From: Sulfurimonas sp.
Lineage (GTDB): Bacteria; Campylobacterota; Campylobacteria; Campylobacterales; Sulfurimonadaceae
DNA length: 64,000 bases
Direction: 5' to 3'
NCBI GenBank assembly: GCA_026988315.1
Contig: JALSLJ010000008.1
Coordinates: 2,419-66,418, forward strand
In this document: positions 1 through 9,820 of the stretch, piece after piece
Numbering within the stretch: the first letter of the stretch is position 1
Layout: each line of letters opens with the position of its first letter
The notes under the pieces: model-generated
Database searches by the model: none
The model's input: only the letters and a program-made list of their open reading frames with translations
What the model was told of the DNA's origin: nothing
Translations under genes and position numbers: made by a program

Positions 1-14
1 TACAAAGATACAAT

Positions 15-788
15 ATGTTAAAAAATACTTTAATTATAGACAATGATATCAGATATGTAAATAACTTAAAAAATAAAATAGAAAAAAATTTAAATTTAAC
101 ATATAAAATACATAATGATTTTAACTCAATTGATACGATTGAAGATATTGATGCATATGATCTCTATTTTATTAGACTCAACACTCTAACAATACCACTT
201 ATCGATAAGCTCTCTGATGAGGATAAGATCATAATTGTTTTAACAAACAAGTATGATGATAAAACTCGCAGTATAATTCTTTCTCTTGGTGTAAGTGACT
301 ATATTATCACTGATAATAACTCACACGGAAATATCGCACTTAACATTGTAAACAGACTCATCAATAACTCAAAACTAACAGTTATGCTTGTAGATGACTC
401 CTCTTTAATACTCAACACCTTATCTATCATGCTTGATACCCAAAACCTTAACTATATTCGGTGTAAAAATGGGCAAGAGGCATGGGAGTATCTTAATAAG
501 CCGGATAACAAAACGATTGACCTTGTAATATCAGACTATGAGATGCCCAACATGAATGGATACGAGTTAACAAAACGCATCCGCACAAAATACTCAAAAG
601 AGATTTTACCAATCCTTATACTCTCAGGAACCGAAGAAAATTCTATGATTGCAAAGTTTTTAAAAGCTGGAGTCAATGACTATATACCAAAACCTTTTAT
701 AAACGAAGAGTTTGTCAACCGTGTTGCGAATACACTCACAACCCTTGAATTAAATAGAAAACTAAATCTTACCCATTTTTTTGATTAA
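15..788 (+). CDS. Response regulator with two receiver domains (first degenerate), no output domain
   Basis: C-terminal REC has VDDS, ISDYEMP (acceptor Asp), LSG and KPF; N-terminal REC-like domain is degenerate (IIDND); ORF ends shortly after REC2. Confidence 0.8.
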   Translation: MLKNTLIIDNDIRYVNNLKNKIEKNLNLTYKIHNDFNSIDTIEDIDAYDLYFIRLNTLTIPLIDKLSDEDKIIIVLTNKYDDKTRSIILSLGVSDYIITDNNSHGNIALNIVNRLINNSKLTVMLVDDSSLILNTLSIMLDTQNLNYIRCKNGQEAWEYLNKPDNKTIDLVISDYEMPNMNGYELTKRIRTKYSKEILPILILSGTEENSMIAKFLKAGVNDYIPKPFINEEFVNRVANTLTTLELNRKLNLTHFFD

Positions 789-822
789 CTTAAAGATACT
801 TTAATTCGATATAATCTATTTT

Positions 823-1944
823 ATGAAAATCACTTTATTTATAACTGCCTTTTTAGGTATTTTTATCCTCTTAAATATGTACATATCAAAAAGATTTATA
901 GCCAAACTCGATGTTACAAACAGCACCAAACACTACCTTCATATATTTCTGATTATCAACTTTATCGGTATTATCGGCTATATGCTTGGACGCTACTATC
1001 CACACACTCCGAATTGGCTTTACTTTATACTCTCCTTGCCTATCGGCTTACTTTTTTTACTTTTTTGTACAGCAGTTATTTATGACATCTCAAGAGTTAT
1101 ACTTTCAAAAACTCCCATTTCACAACCAAGAAGAGATTTCTTCAAAAAGTCATTAGATGTTTCATCTTTACTTCTTGCAACATCCCTAAGTGCTCGCTCT
1201 ATCTATGAGGCTAAGTTTGTAAAATTAGAGAGGGTGAATGTAAAGATAAAAGATCTGAAACAACCCTACAAAATAGTACAGTTAAGTGACATACATATAG
1301 GTGGTTTAATAGACAAAGAGTTCATCCAAAGTATAGTGCAAAGAGTGAATGAGCTTCAGCCAGATATTGTAGTTATTACCGGTGATTTGATAGATATTGA
1401 TATATCTTTAGCACACGACACTTTATCAGAGCTTCAAAACTTACAGTCAAGCTATGGGACATATTTTGTTGTGGGAAACCATGAGTATTTTCATGGGGTT
1501 AAAAATATCATACATGCTGTCAATGCCTTAGGGATTAGAGTGCTTGAAAATGAAAACATATATATAGGTGAAGAGGAAAAAGGTTTTAACCTTGCCGGTG
1601 TTTATGATGTTATGGGGTATAGAACGAAAACATACGAACCAGATATAAATGCAGCACTCAACAATCTAAAAAAATCACCCACCATACTGCTAGCACATCA
1701 GCCAAGATATATTCAAGAGGTAAACGATAGTGTTGACTTGATGTTAAGTGGACATACTCACGGCGGACAACTCTACCCTTTTAGATTTTTAGTAAAGCTA
1801 CAACAACCTTACATAGATGGACTGCACCAACATAATGAAGAGTTACAAATCTATGTAAACAAGGGGACAGGTTTTTGGGGACCACCAATGAGACTCGGTG
1901 CTAGTTCTGAGATAACAGAGATAATTATTGAGCCAAAAGTGTAA
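823..1944 (+). CDS. Membrane-anchored metallophosphoesterase (YkuE-like, calcineurin-like fold)
   Basis: Motifs DIHIG, GDLID, GNHE, LAHQP, SGHTHGGQ; hydrophobic N-terminal helices. Confidence 0.9.
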   Translation: MKITLFITAFLGIFILLNMYISKRFIAKLDVTNSTKHYLHIFLIINFIGIIGYMLGRYYPHTPNWLYFILSLPIGLLFLLFCTAVIYDISRVILSKTPISQPRRDFFKKSLDVSSLLLATSLSARSIYEAKFVKLERVNVKIKDLKQPYKIVQLSDIHIGGLIDKEFIQSIVQRVNELQPDIVVITGDLIDIDISLAHDTLSELQNLQSSYGTYFVVGNHEYFHGVKNIIHAVNALGIRVLENENIYIGEEEKGFNLAGVYDVMGYRTKTYEPDINAALNNLKKSPTILLAHQPRYIQEVNDSVDLMLSGHTHGGQLYPFRFLVKLQQPYIDGLHQHNEELQIYVNKGTGFWGPPMRLGASSEITEIIIEPKV

Positions 1945-1960
1945 TGAAAACTTTTGCAAC

Positions 1961-2398
1961 TCAATCTTTTGACAATTTTAAATCCTTTATTATTCTCTTG
2001 AAGCCCTTTTGTACATCCGAACTTGTCACTGCACCCTCTAGATCAATATAATAACTATACTTTAAAGTATTATTTTTTCTTATTTGCATTTTTAAATAAC
2101 TAGAGGGGAAATTTGAAAGTGCTTTTTTTTGAATATTTTGATTACTATTGCAAGTAATCCCAGCTTTTTTTGATACCTCTAATTTGAAGTCACATCGCTT
2201 ATCAAACTGATACAACTCTTGCAATGTAGATGTAATCATCTCATCTTCTCGAAACAGTACCAATCTCAGGCATGGAACTTTTTCCTCAGTGATTTTTCCA
2301 TCAAAAACAACTACCGTAGCATTATCGCTACACCCGCTATAAAAGACAAAAGTAAAAAAGAGGATAAAGATTTTAAAGATGCCCTTAAAGTATTGCAT
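1961..2398 (-). CDS. Hypothetical lipoprotein
   Basis: Hydrophobic signal with lipobox-like YSGC; 145 aa. Confidence 0.6.
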   Translation of the reverse strand: MQYFKGIFKIFILFFTFVFYSGCSDNATVVVFDGKITEEKVPCLRLVLFREDEMITSTLQELYQFDKRCDFKLEVSKKAGITCNSNQNIQKKALSNFPSSYLKMQIRKNNTLKYSYYIDLEGAVTSSDVQKGFKRIIKDLKLSKD

Positions 2399-2417
2399 AA
2401 ATTTCTACGAAAAGTAC

Positions 2418-2678
2418 TTATATCTTATCTGGTACAATATCCACACTTTCTAAAAAGTGACGGAGCCTTACAACTTCATCTTTGGATAAGCTATTTCTAT
2501 GCGACATAACCAAAGAAAACTCCTTATCTTTTAATAAAATTTTTGCCTTATTATGTTTTGTAATCTCCACACTCGCACCATAATGTTCCAAAGCACTCAA
2601 CAACCTTTTCTCATCTATATTTGTTGCTATTGGGTGTTCAAACAGTTTTTGAATTTTTGCTTTGTGTTTTTGACTCAT
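2418..2678 (-). CDS. HicA-like small protein (putative mRNA interferase fold)
   Basis: 86 aa; KHK..I.KLFEHPI..NI...L.S.LEHYGA.VE pattern and C-terminal V..LRHFLE..D..P resemble HicA family. Confidence 0.55.
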   Translation of the reverse strand: MSQKHKAKIQKLFEHPIATNIDEKRLLSALEHYGASVEITKHNKAKILLKDKEFSLVMSHRNSLSKDEVVRLRHFLESVDIVPDKI

Positions 2679-2745
2679 ACGAACTCCTTCAATTATATAT
2701 CTAAAACTATTATACTACTTATTGAATTAATTAGAGGGAAAAAAT

Positions 2746-3429
2746 TTATCGCTTTTTAAAAATAAGAAGTGTTTTATCCTCTGTATCGTAAAGAGAGAAG
2801 GTTTGCTTCTCTACAAGTTTTAAGCCTGAGAGTTTTTGAAAAGTTTTTATTGCATGAAAATACTGGATGATAGTGTCTTGGTATTTCGTGTAGTTTTCAT
2901 CTTCATTTTTAAGAAATAGTGTAAATTTTGTATGGAGCTCATCGTTGATAAATTCAGCATCTACACTTAAGAACTCTTTGTCATTCTCAGAGCTCATAGT
3001 CCCCTCAGCAACATCACTAAAACCATAACGAGTGTTTATATCAGCTATAAATATCCCATCATCATTAAGCTTTTGAGCAATTGCCTCTAAAAACTTCACA
3101 AGAGAATCTTTATCCAAAAAATTGAGTACATCAAAGATTGCAACGATAGCATCATATTTGCCATCTACCTCTGTTACATCTTTACACTCAGCATCCAGAC
3201 CCTGCTCCCTACACTCATCAATCATAACAGCACTCAAATCAACACCCTTGCACTGCACACCATCACTAATGAGGCGTTGCATAAAGCCGCCACGACCACA
3301 TCCAACATCTAAAAGTGTTGTAACATTTTTGTCATCAAGTTCCGAACGGTAAAGATCATATAGGGCTTCTGTAGCCTCTTCAATCCCTAGAAGATGTTCA
3401 GCTTTTGCATAAAGGTCTAAATTGTTCAT
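2746..3429 (-). CDS. Class I SAM-dependent methyltransferase
   Basis: LLDVGCGRG motif I, GVDLS motif II, DVLNFL. Confidence 0.9.
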   Translation of the reverse strand: MNNLDLYAKAEHLLGIEEATEALYDLYRSELDDKNVTTLLDVGCGRGGFMQRLISDGVQCKGVDLSAVMIDECREQGLDAECKDVTEVDGKYDAIVAIFDVLNFLDKDSLVKFLEAIAQKLNDDGIFIADINTRYGFSDVAEGTMSSENDKEFLSVDAEFINDELHTKFTLFLKNEDENYTKYQDTIIQYFHAIKTFQKLSGLKLVEKQTFSLYDTEDKTLLIFKKR

Positions 3430-3430
3430 A

Positions 3431-4057
3431 TTAAGCTTTTTGCTCTGCTTTAATCACTTCATTGATTTTGCCGTAAATATCTAAAACTTCATCTTTTTTG
3501 GCAATATAGCTATTTTTGTTAGCAATCAGATAAGTAGAAGATGTCATGATATCCTCAACCACTTCTAAGCCATTTTGTTTCATAGTTGCTCCAGTTTCAA
3601 CAATATCTACTATCATATCAGCAAGCCCGATAAGGGGAGCAAGCTCTATAGAACCATACAGTTTAATAATCTCAACTGAGACTGCGCGCTCTTCAAAATA
3701 ACGCTTTGTGATATTTACCATTTTAGATGCTACTTTGATATCTGGCTTATTCAGGTCAAGTTTTTCTCCATTTCGCATCCCAATAGAAACCTTACATATA
3801 CCACGCTTTAAATCAAGCAAACGAACAACATCAAGTCCCTGCTCCTCTAATGTATCTAACCCAACCACACCAATATCTGCGGCTTGATGAAACACATAAG
3901 TTGCAACATCTTGATTTCTTACAAGTAAAAAACGAAAATCTGGTGTTTCTAAGATAAGTTTTCTATCATCAAACTTAAAATTCTCACCAAAGATAGTTTC
4001 AAAAATTTCTAGTGTCTCTTTTGCTATTCGACCTTTTGGTAGTGCAACTGTTAGCAT
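3431..4057 (-). CDS. hisG: ATP phosphoribosyltransferase, short form
   Basis: MLTVALPKGRI, GSIELAP, DIVETGATMKQNGL; 208 aa, lacks C-terminal regulatory domain. Confidence 0.97.
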   Translation of the reverse strand: MLTVALPKGRIAKETLEIFETIFGENFKFDDRKLILETPDFRFLLVRNQDVATYVFHQAADIGVVGLDTLEEQGLDVVRLLDLKRGICKVSIGMRNGEKLDLNKPDIKVASKMVNITKRYFEERAVSVEIIKLYGSIELAPLIGLADMIVDIVETGATMKQNGLEVVEDIMTSSTYLIANKNSYIAKKDEVLDIYGKINEVIKAEQKA

Positions 4058-4668
4058 AATTGTGCCTTTTTTATAATCTTTTTCATTCCATTAAATAATA
4101 ACATCTCATCCACTTTGGCAGATGGAAAGACTTTTGCAAATATCTTTGCATCGCCACCAGTTAAAAATATATCCATTTTATGCGACAAAACTTCACTCTT
4201 TAGAGTTTTAAGATACCCATAGCTTATAGCATCTTGGGAATTTTTTGGCATTATATCTAAGTCACACTCAAAATTAAATGAAAAGCTAAGTGCTGGTGAA
4301 ATATTTTTATAAGTTTCACCCATTGCTTTTAATCCAGGATAGATAAAACCACCCTCAAAAACATCACTTTTAACGACATCAACAGTTATGGCACTGCCAA
4401 CATCTACAATAATCCCATCACTTATTGTCTCACAGGCTACTATTCTATCTATGCCCATAGTATCATAATATTTTTGCATATCTATATATGACGCAAGGTT
4501 TATCCAGTTATCTAAATGCTTTAAAATATTGTGCACATCTGCATTGACACAAATATAAAATATTTTTTCTTTTATTGCCAAAGGATTAAAATTGAGAGTA
4601 TCTTCTTTAAAATCAATACCATTTTTAAAAAAATGATACGAGGTATTGCCAATGTCACAAAGAAACAT
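4051..4668 (-). CDS. coaX: Type III pantothenate kinase
   Basis: CDIGNT, MGIDR, VDVGSAITVD, GGFIYPG, LTGGD; start moved to ATG at 4668 (TAATG overlap with upstream gene). Confidence 0.93.
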   Translation of the reverse strand: MFLCDIGNTSYHFFKNGIDFKEDTLNFNPLAIKEKIFYICVNADVHNILKHLDNWINLASYIDMQKYYDTMGIDRIVACETISDGIIVDVGSAITVDVVKSDVFEGGFIYPGLKAMGETYKNISPALSFSFNFECDLDIMPKNSQDAISYGYLKTLKSEVLSHKMDIFLTGGDAKIFAKVFPSAKVDEMLLFNGMKKIIKKAQLC

Positions 4669-4988
4669 TATTGAATTTTCCAACCCTGACTTTTAAATGC
4701 TTCTTTTGCTTTAGAGCACAATGGTGCATCGATAAAAAGAAGCTTATGCTTAAAATTATGTCCACAAAAAAGTGTGAGTTTTGCATAAATTTCTTCAAAT
4801 TTATGCACATCTTTCATAAGTAATCTACTCTTTTGACTTACCGCAAAAATCGCCCAAAAATAACCAGTTGTATCTGTCGCTTTATAAATCTTTATTTTAT
4901 TGCGAACACCTAATTCCTTAGGAGCTATCTCTTGCATTTTTTTATAAATTTTCCCTTTTTTTCTTAGGGAATCTACTACCATTTGCAT
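4668..4988 (-). CDS. Hypothetical protein
   Basis: 106 aa ORF translationally coupled to coaX. Confidence 0.65.
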   Translation of the reverse strand: MQMVVDSLRKKGKIYKKMQEIAPKELGVRNKIKIYKATDTTGYFWAIFAVSQKSRLLMKDVHKFEEIYAKLTLFCGHNFKHKLLFIDAPLCSKAKEAFKSQGWKIQ

Positions 4989-5022
4989 ATCTATTTTAAC
5001 ACCTTTATTTTAAAAATTAAAA

Positions 5023-6087
5023 CTAAAAAAATTCTATCTCATCTTCATCAGCTTCAATTTCACTATTATCTAGCGTCCACATCATTGTAATAGTTTTCAT
5101 ATCATTAATGATTGAGGCATCTAAAAAGTTCAATTCACCATCATTGGCAACTTCTATATCTTCATTCCATTTTTTCAACACAAAAAGAAAACTCTCCAAA
5201 AGCATAAAAGTATTAATCACTTGCTCCTTATCCTCTGGGATAGGATTTTCTTTGAGTGTTATAGAAAAAACACTCATCGCCTTAGCAAGCTCACTAAAAA
5301 ATGAGTAAAAAGCAAGTGTTGAAGCATAGCGACTAAAGCCCTCGCTAATATATGCTATCTCCTCTGTTGATATTTCTTCATTTGAATTGATTACAGCAAT
5401 TACTGCCACATCGATTTCTGTATGCAACTCTTTTAATTCACATATATCATCATTAATAAATTGCTGGATTTGCAAATCCATTGCATCCACAGCATCTTCA
5501 GGAATTTTATTTTCTTCTTTTGTTGAACTTATCTTTGTTTTATAAACCATTGTATCTAACATTCGCAATGTTTTTTCAAGTTCAGCATTTTTTTCTTGCA
5601 ACTCACTGTTTTGTTCTTCTAAACGCAAAGCTAATTTTTCCATAGTATCAACATGCTTAAGAACAAATTTATGATCACTAATAGACTTGCATATTTGATA
5701 AATAGCATGGTTTAATTTTTCCATATCAATAGGTTTTGTTATAAAATTAGCTACCCCAATCTCTATGGCACTTTGAAGATACTCTACCTCATTGTGAGCA
5801 GTAATTAGCAATATTTGTATGTGAGGATCGCTCTTTTTAATCTCTTTGCTCATATCTATTCCATTTAAACCTGGCATATTTATATCGCTAATAATCAAAT
5901 CATATGCTTCTTCACTACTAGCATATCTTTTATACTCAACCAAACCCTCTATCCCATTTATAGCAGTATCAACATGCATAAAATAATTTTCAAATAATTC
6001 AGCCGTACTATTTCTTAAATCATCATCATCCTCAACATAAAGGACACGGAGATCTTTTGTATATTCTAGCAGTAATGCAATATCCAT
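5023..6087 (-). CDS. Response regulator: receiver + coiled coil + unknown helical C-terminal domain
   Basis: LYVEDD, ISDINMPGLNG, LITAH, ITKP; acidic tail EADEDEIEFF. Confidence 0.85.
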   Translation of the reverse strand: MDIALLLEYTKDLRVLYVEDDDDLRNSTAELFENYFMHVDTAINGIEGLVEYKRYASSEEAYDLIISDINMPGLNGIDMSKEIKKSDPHIQILLITAHNEVEYLQSAIEIGVANFITKPIDMEKLNHAIYQICKSISDHKFVLKHVDTMEKLALRLEEQNSELQEKNAELEKTLRMLDTMVYKTKISSTKEENKIPEDAVDAMDLQIQQFINDDICELKELHTEIDVAVIAVINSNEEISTEEIAYISEGFSRYASTLAFYSFFSELAKAMSVFSITLKENPIPEDKEQVINTFMLLESFLFVLKKWNEDIEVANDGELNFLDASIINDMKTITMMWTLDNSEIEADEDEIEFF

Positions 6088-6100
6088 TGTTTTTCCTTAC

Positions 6101-9070
6101 TTAAATTGTATCTTTTAGAGAATTAATAGGTAATTCTATCTTAAAACATGCTCCACTTGCAATATTACTCACATTAAGTTTTCCTGCATGGTGCTCATCT
6201 ATAATAGTTTTTGACATATATAACCCCAATCCCGTTCCATTTTTTTCATGTTTAGTAGAAAAATATGGATCGAATATTTTACTTATAATCTCATCTCGGA
6301 TCCCTCCACCATTGTCACATATCTCTAAAACTACCTTATCTTCGCAATCATATGTATTGATGAGAATAATTGGATTTTTTATCTCTTTTTCTTGAAAGTT
6401 ATCTTGGGCATTTTGTAAGATATTTAAAATAACTTGCATTATCTCCGATTCAAAAAGGGCAATCATTGCTTTACTTTCAAATCTTTTACTTATCTCAATA
6501 TTTTTGTTTTTAAGTGAGCTTTGAATTATCTTTAAAGCTTTATAGAGTGGTGCATGAATGAGAGTTTTTACAGACTCTTTATTTGGTTTGTAAAAGTCTC
6601 TAAAATCATCTATTGTATTTGTCAACAACTGCACATAACTCTCAATATCGCTCAACTTTTCATTAAAATAATAATTACACTTTATAGCCTCTTCCTCTTT
6701 TGAGAGATTATATGTTTGTAACATTATTTTTGTTTTCATATTTATACTCGTAGCAGCAATAGCTCCAAGTGGTTGCCTCCATTGGTGTGCAATCATACTA
6801 ATCATTTCACCCATTTGAGCTAGTTTTGATTGTTGCAGAAGTTGTTGATCTCTATCTTTAATAAGGGTTATATCTGTCGTATATCCAACAAAATTTTCAA
6901 TACTCCCCTCACTATCTCTTACTATGATATTACTATCATGAACCCATTTGACTTTACCGCTTTTTGTATATAATCTATATGGCTCATGTTCAAAATAATT
7001 CACCCCATGCTCAATTGCATCCCTTACCTCTTTTTCTACTTTTTTTATATCATCTTGGTGAATACACTCTTTATAAGAAATTTTACCACTTATAAACTCA
7101 TCTGTTTCATACTCTAGTAAAGTGCTGACACTTTTTGAAACATGAGATACACTCCAACTCTCATCGTTATTCCATTTAAATAAAACTGATGTACCTAAAT
7201 CAAATAAAGAAAGTAAAACATTTTGTTCCGCAGTTCTTTGTTCTACTTTTTCCTCAAGGCTATTGTTAAACCCCTCTAATTCATCAAGTTGCTTTTGAAT
7301 AAGAGTTTTGAGTCTATTTTGCTTCACTAAAAAGAAAAGAATAATCCCTATAATCATAACAAAGAGAAATATTAACTGCCAAATTAAGGTGTAATCATGA
7401 TTATGAGTTATAGTTGCAGATACCCATGAGTTTAATATTTCTCTTTTTTTCGTTTGGGGGATACTATCAATAGCCTTATTGATAATATTTAAGAGCATTC
7501 CATCATCTGCAATGACACCAATCCCTATACCAAAACTTTCAAAATCATTGACAACTTTTAATTTTGCTGAAAAATATTTTTGAATATAGTAAATAGATGA
7601 GAGTGACTGGCCAAAATAGCCAAATACATTCCCTTTAGCTACCATCTCTAAAGCCTCTTTAATGCTTTGAGCTTCTAGTAGTTCCATACCAGGGTATCTG
7701 TTTTTTAGTATATCTTGCAGTGCATAATGCCCTTTAACAATAACATATGTTTCATCTTTGTAATTATCAAAATTGGAGATAAAAGGTTGTTCTATTCTGG
7801 TAGTGAGTGTAAAGAAATCTTCAAGTATTGGTTGCGTCAACTTATAGCGTAGTTTTTTTTCACCTTGTGCTGACATAGTTGGCTTTATATCACACTTTTG
7901 CTCTTGTAATAATTTTACATTCTCATATTTATCTTTTGCATAAATAATTTTAAGATTAACACTCAATTCTTTAGCAATATAGTTTAAATAATCTGCACCA
8001 ATCCCTATAAATTTTCCATCTTTCATAGACTCATATGGAAGCCAATCTGATTTTACACAAACACTCAACTCTTTTTTTTCATTCAAATAAGAGAGTTCCT
8101 CTTGTGTTAAAAATGAGTTTCTATATTTATCATTATCAAAAATAAACTCATCAAAAGAAACTTTTTTATCGACTAAACCTAAGAGATTGTAAACATCATA
8201 AATTTTTTCTATCTTTCTCTCTTCTATGTGACCTAGCTCATGGCTTTGTAAGTATGCTAATTTTTTCAACTCTCGCGCTTCATAAACAAGAGCATCTCTT
8301 GAGAGATTTTGAGAATTATATTTTTGCAAGATAAGCTCTACAGTTTCATCAATGTTCTCAAAAGCATATTGCCAACCTTTTAGGGATGCTTTCGTAAAGT
8401 TTACAGTTCTTTGTTTATGATTTTTAATCTCTTCTTCACAGGTAAATAGTATATCACTATAAAAATCAAATCCATAGTCTCTTGGATTGAATATTTTATA
8501 CGCTATCCCTCTTTGTTTCAGTAAAAATGGTTCACTTGTTATGTAAGAGAGCATTAAATCTGTTTTTTTATTAATTAAATCATTAATATTAAAAGAGTGT
8601 TTCATTAAAGTAACATCTTTTTTTGTAATATGATATTTAGCCGCCATAGCATAGATAGGTGCACTTGTTGACATCTCTTTTGTTATCATGATTTTTTTGC
8701 CAACAAAATCTTCTACTTTTGTTATATTTGAATCTTTAGTTGTAAGTAAAATAGAGGGAGAGAATTGTAAAGTAGCAAACAAAAGGACAACTTTTTTACC
8801 CTCTGCTCTATCTATTATCAGAGAGGAATCACCGACACCATAAGTTGCTCGTTTATCTTCAAGCTCTTGGGTGGGATCTATATTTGCAGAAAATTTCTTA
8901 ATTTCCACATCAAGTCCAGCATCTCTGTAAAAGCCTTTCTCTTTTGCCATATAGTAACCGGCAAACTGGAACCTATCAAGCCAAGAAAGCTGCAAGGAAA
9001 TTTTTTCTATATTTGCAGCCTGCACAAAACTTGAGATAAGCAACAATACAATTACTAAATTTTTAATCAT
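6101..9070 (-). CDS. Sensor histidine kinase (NMT1/THI5-like and PBP sensor domains, TM, PAS, HisKA, HATPase)
   Basis: LQLSWLDRFQFAGYYMAKEKGFY; WLPYE; PAS IHQDD; H-box MIAHQWRQPL; DNGGG; GTGLGLYM. Confidence 0.93.
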   Translation of the reverse strand: MIKNLVIVLLLISSFVQAANIEKISLQLSWLDRFQFAGYYMAKEKGFYRDAGLDVEIKKFSANIDPTQELEDKRATYGVGDSSLIIDRAEGKKVVLLFATLQFSPSILLTTKDSNITKVEDFVGKKIMITKEMSTSAPIYAMAAKYHITKKDVTLMKHSFNINDLINKKTDLMLSYITSEPFLLKQRGIAYKIFNPRDYGFDFYSDILFTCEEEIKNHKQRTVNFTKASLKGWQYAFENIDETVELILQKYNSQNLSRDALVYEARELKKLAYLQSHELGHIEERKIEKIYDVYNLLGLVDKKVSFDEFIFDNDKYRNSFLTQEELSYLNEKKELSVCVKSDWLPYESMKDGKFIGIGADYLNYIAKELSVNLKIIYAKDKYENVKLLQEQKCDIKPTMSAQGEKKLRYKLTQPILEDFFTLTTRIEQPFISNFDNYKDETYVIVKGHYALQDILKNRYPGMELLEAQSIKEALEMVAKGNVFGYFGQSLSSIYYIQKYFSAKLKVVNDFESFGIGIGVIADDGMLLNIINKAIDSIPQTKKREILNSWVSATITHNHDYTLIWQLIFLFVMIIGIILFFLVKQNRLKTLIQKQLDELEGFNNSLEEKVEQRTAEQNVLLSLFDLGTSVLFKWNNDESWSVSHVSKSVSTLLEYETDEFISGKISYKECIHQDDIKKVEKEVRDAIEHGVNYFEHEPYRLYTKSGKVKWVHDSNIIVRDSEGSIENFVGYTTDITLIKDRDQQLLQQSKLAQMGEMISMIAHQWRQPLGAIAATSINMKTKIMLQTYNLSKEEEAIKCNYYFNEKLSDIESYVQLLTNTIDDFRDFYKPNKESVKTLIHAPLYKALKIIQSSLKNKNIEISKRFESKAMIALFESEIMQVILNILQNAQDNFQEKEIKNPIILINTYDCEDKVVLEICDNGGGIRDEIISKIFDPYFSTKHEKNGTGLGLYMSKTIIDEHHAGKLNVSNIASGACFKIELPINSLKDTI

Positions 9071-9161
9071 TAAAATCTCTTAAATCGCTATTTTTATTTG
9101 ATGATAACTAAATAATAATTAATAAAAAATTATTTCCGACTATTATAATATTATTTTATAG

Positions 9162-9605
9162 TTAATTCATAAAATTTGGATATATTTTTTTTATTAAATA
9201 GTATATTTTACATCCCAAACAATAGTTAAACACTAGGTCTAAAAGAGAACAGAATATAAAAATAATAGCTATTGCAAGCGATACAAGGTTGTTGTCTAAA
9301 TAATGTGTAATTATCAATAATCCAACAAACACTAAACCAAAATAAGCGGCTAAGCGTTTTGAACCACCATCTATTAAGACTACTCCTATCTTTAAAATAT
9401 TTTTGAGAAATTTTGATGCTTGAGAAAGAGGTGAATATTTTTTATCAATAAAAAGTTTAATGCTAAAATCTATAAATAAAAAATATAAAATAAATACATT
9501 TGATGCAATAAGGTAAGATACAACCAATAGACTAACAAACAGCGAGTTGATTCTTGAAACATTAGAATCAATATTTTCAAAAGTCATCGGACAAGTGTAT
9601 GACAT
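9162..9605 (-). CDS. DUF4395-family membrane protein
   Basis: Four hydrophobic segments, R-x-A motifs, C-terminal FNYCLGCKIY typical of DUF4395. Confidence 0.75.
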   Translation of the reverse strand: MSYTCPMTFENIDSNVSRINSLFVSLLVVSYLIASNVFILYFLFIDFSIKLFIDKKYSPLSQASKFLKNILKIGVVLIDGGSKRLAAYFGLVFVGLLIITHYLDNNLVSLAIAIIFIFCSLLDLVFNYCLGCKIYYLIKKIYPNFMN

Positions 9606-9739
9606 AAAAAGCCTTTTAAAATTAAATATAAATCGAATTTTAGTGAGATATTCTTAAGTCACAATTATACTATTTTCTTATGTTACTTTTGATTGTCTAT
9701 CTCAGATATGTAAAGAAAATATACTGTGAGTAAAAAATT

Positions 9740-9753
9740 TGATAAATTTATCA
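9740..9753. promoter_or_regulatory. Perfect 14-bp palindrome TGATAAATTTATCA in divergent promoter region
   Basis: Self-complementary; about 30 bp upstream of an extended -10 (TGTTATAAT, 9782-9790) for the efflux operon. Confidence 0.4.
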
Positions 9754-9820
9754 CATTTTACCTATTTGTTTATCGAATATATGTTATAATATACAAATAT
9801 ACTTAATAAATGGAGGAAAG

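Noticed and set aside
1940-1965. difH-like site (ATGAAAACT)
   Set aside because: Only a short half matches; the TTTTCAA arm is missing
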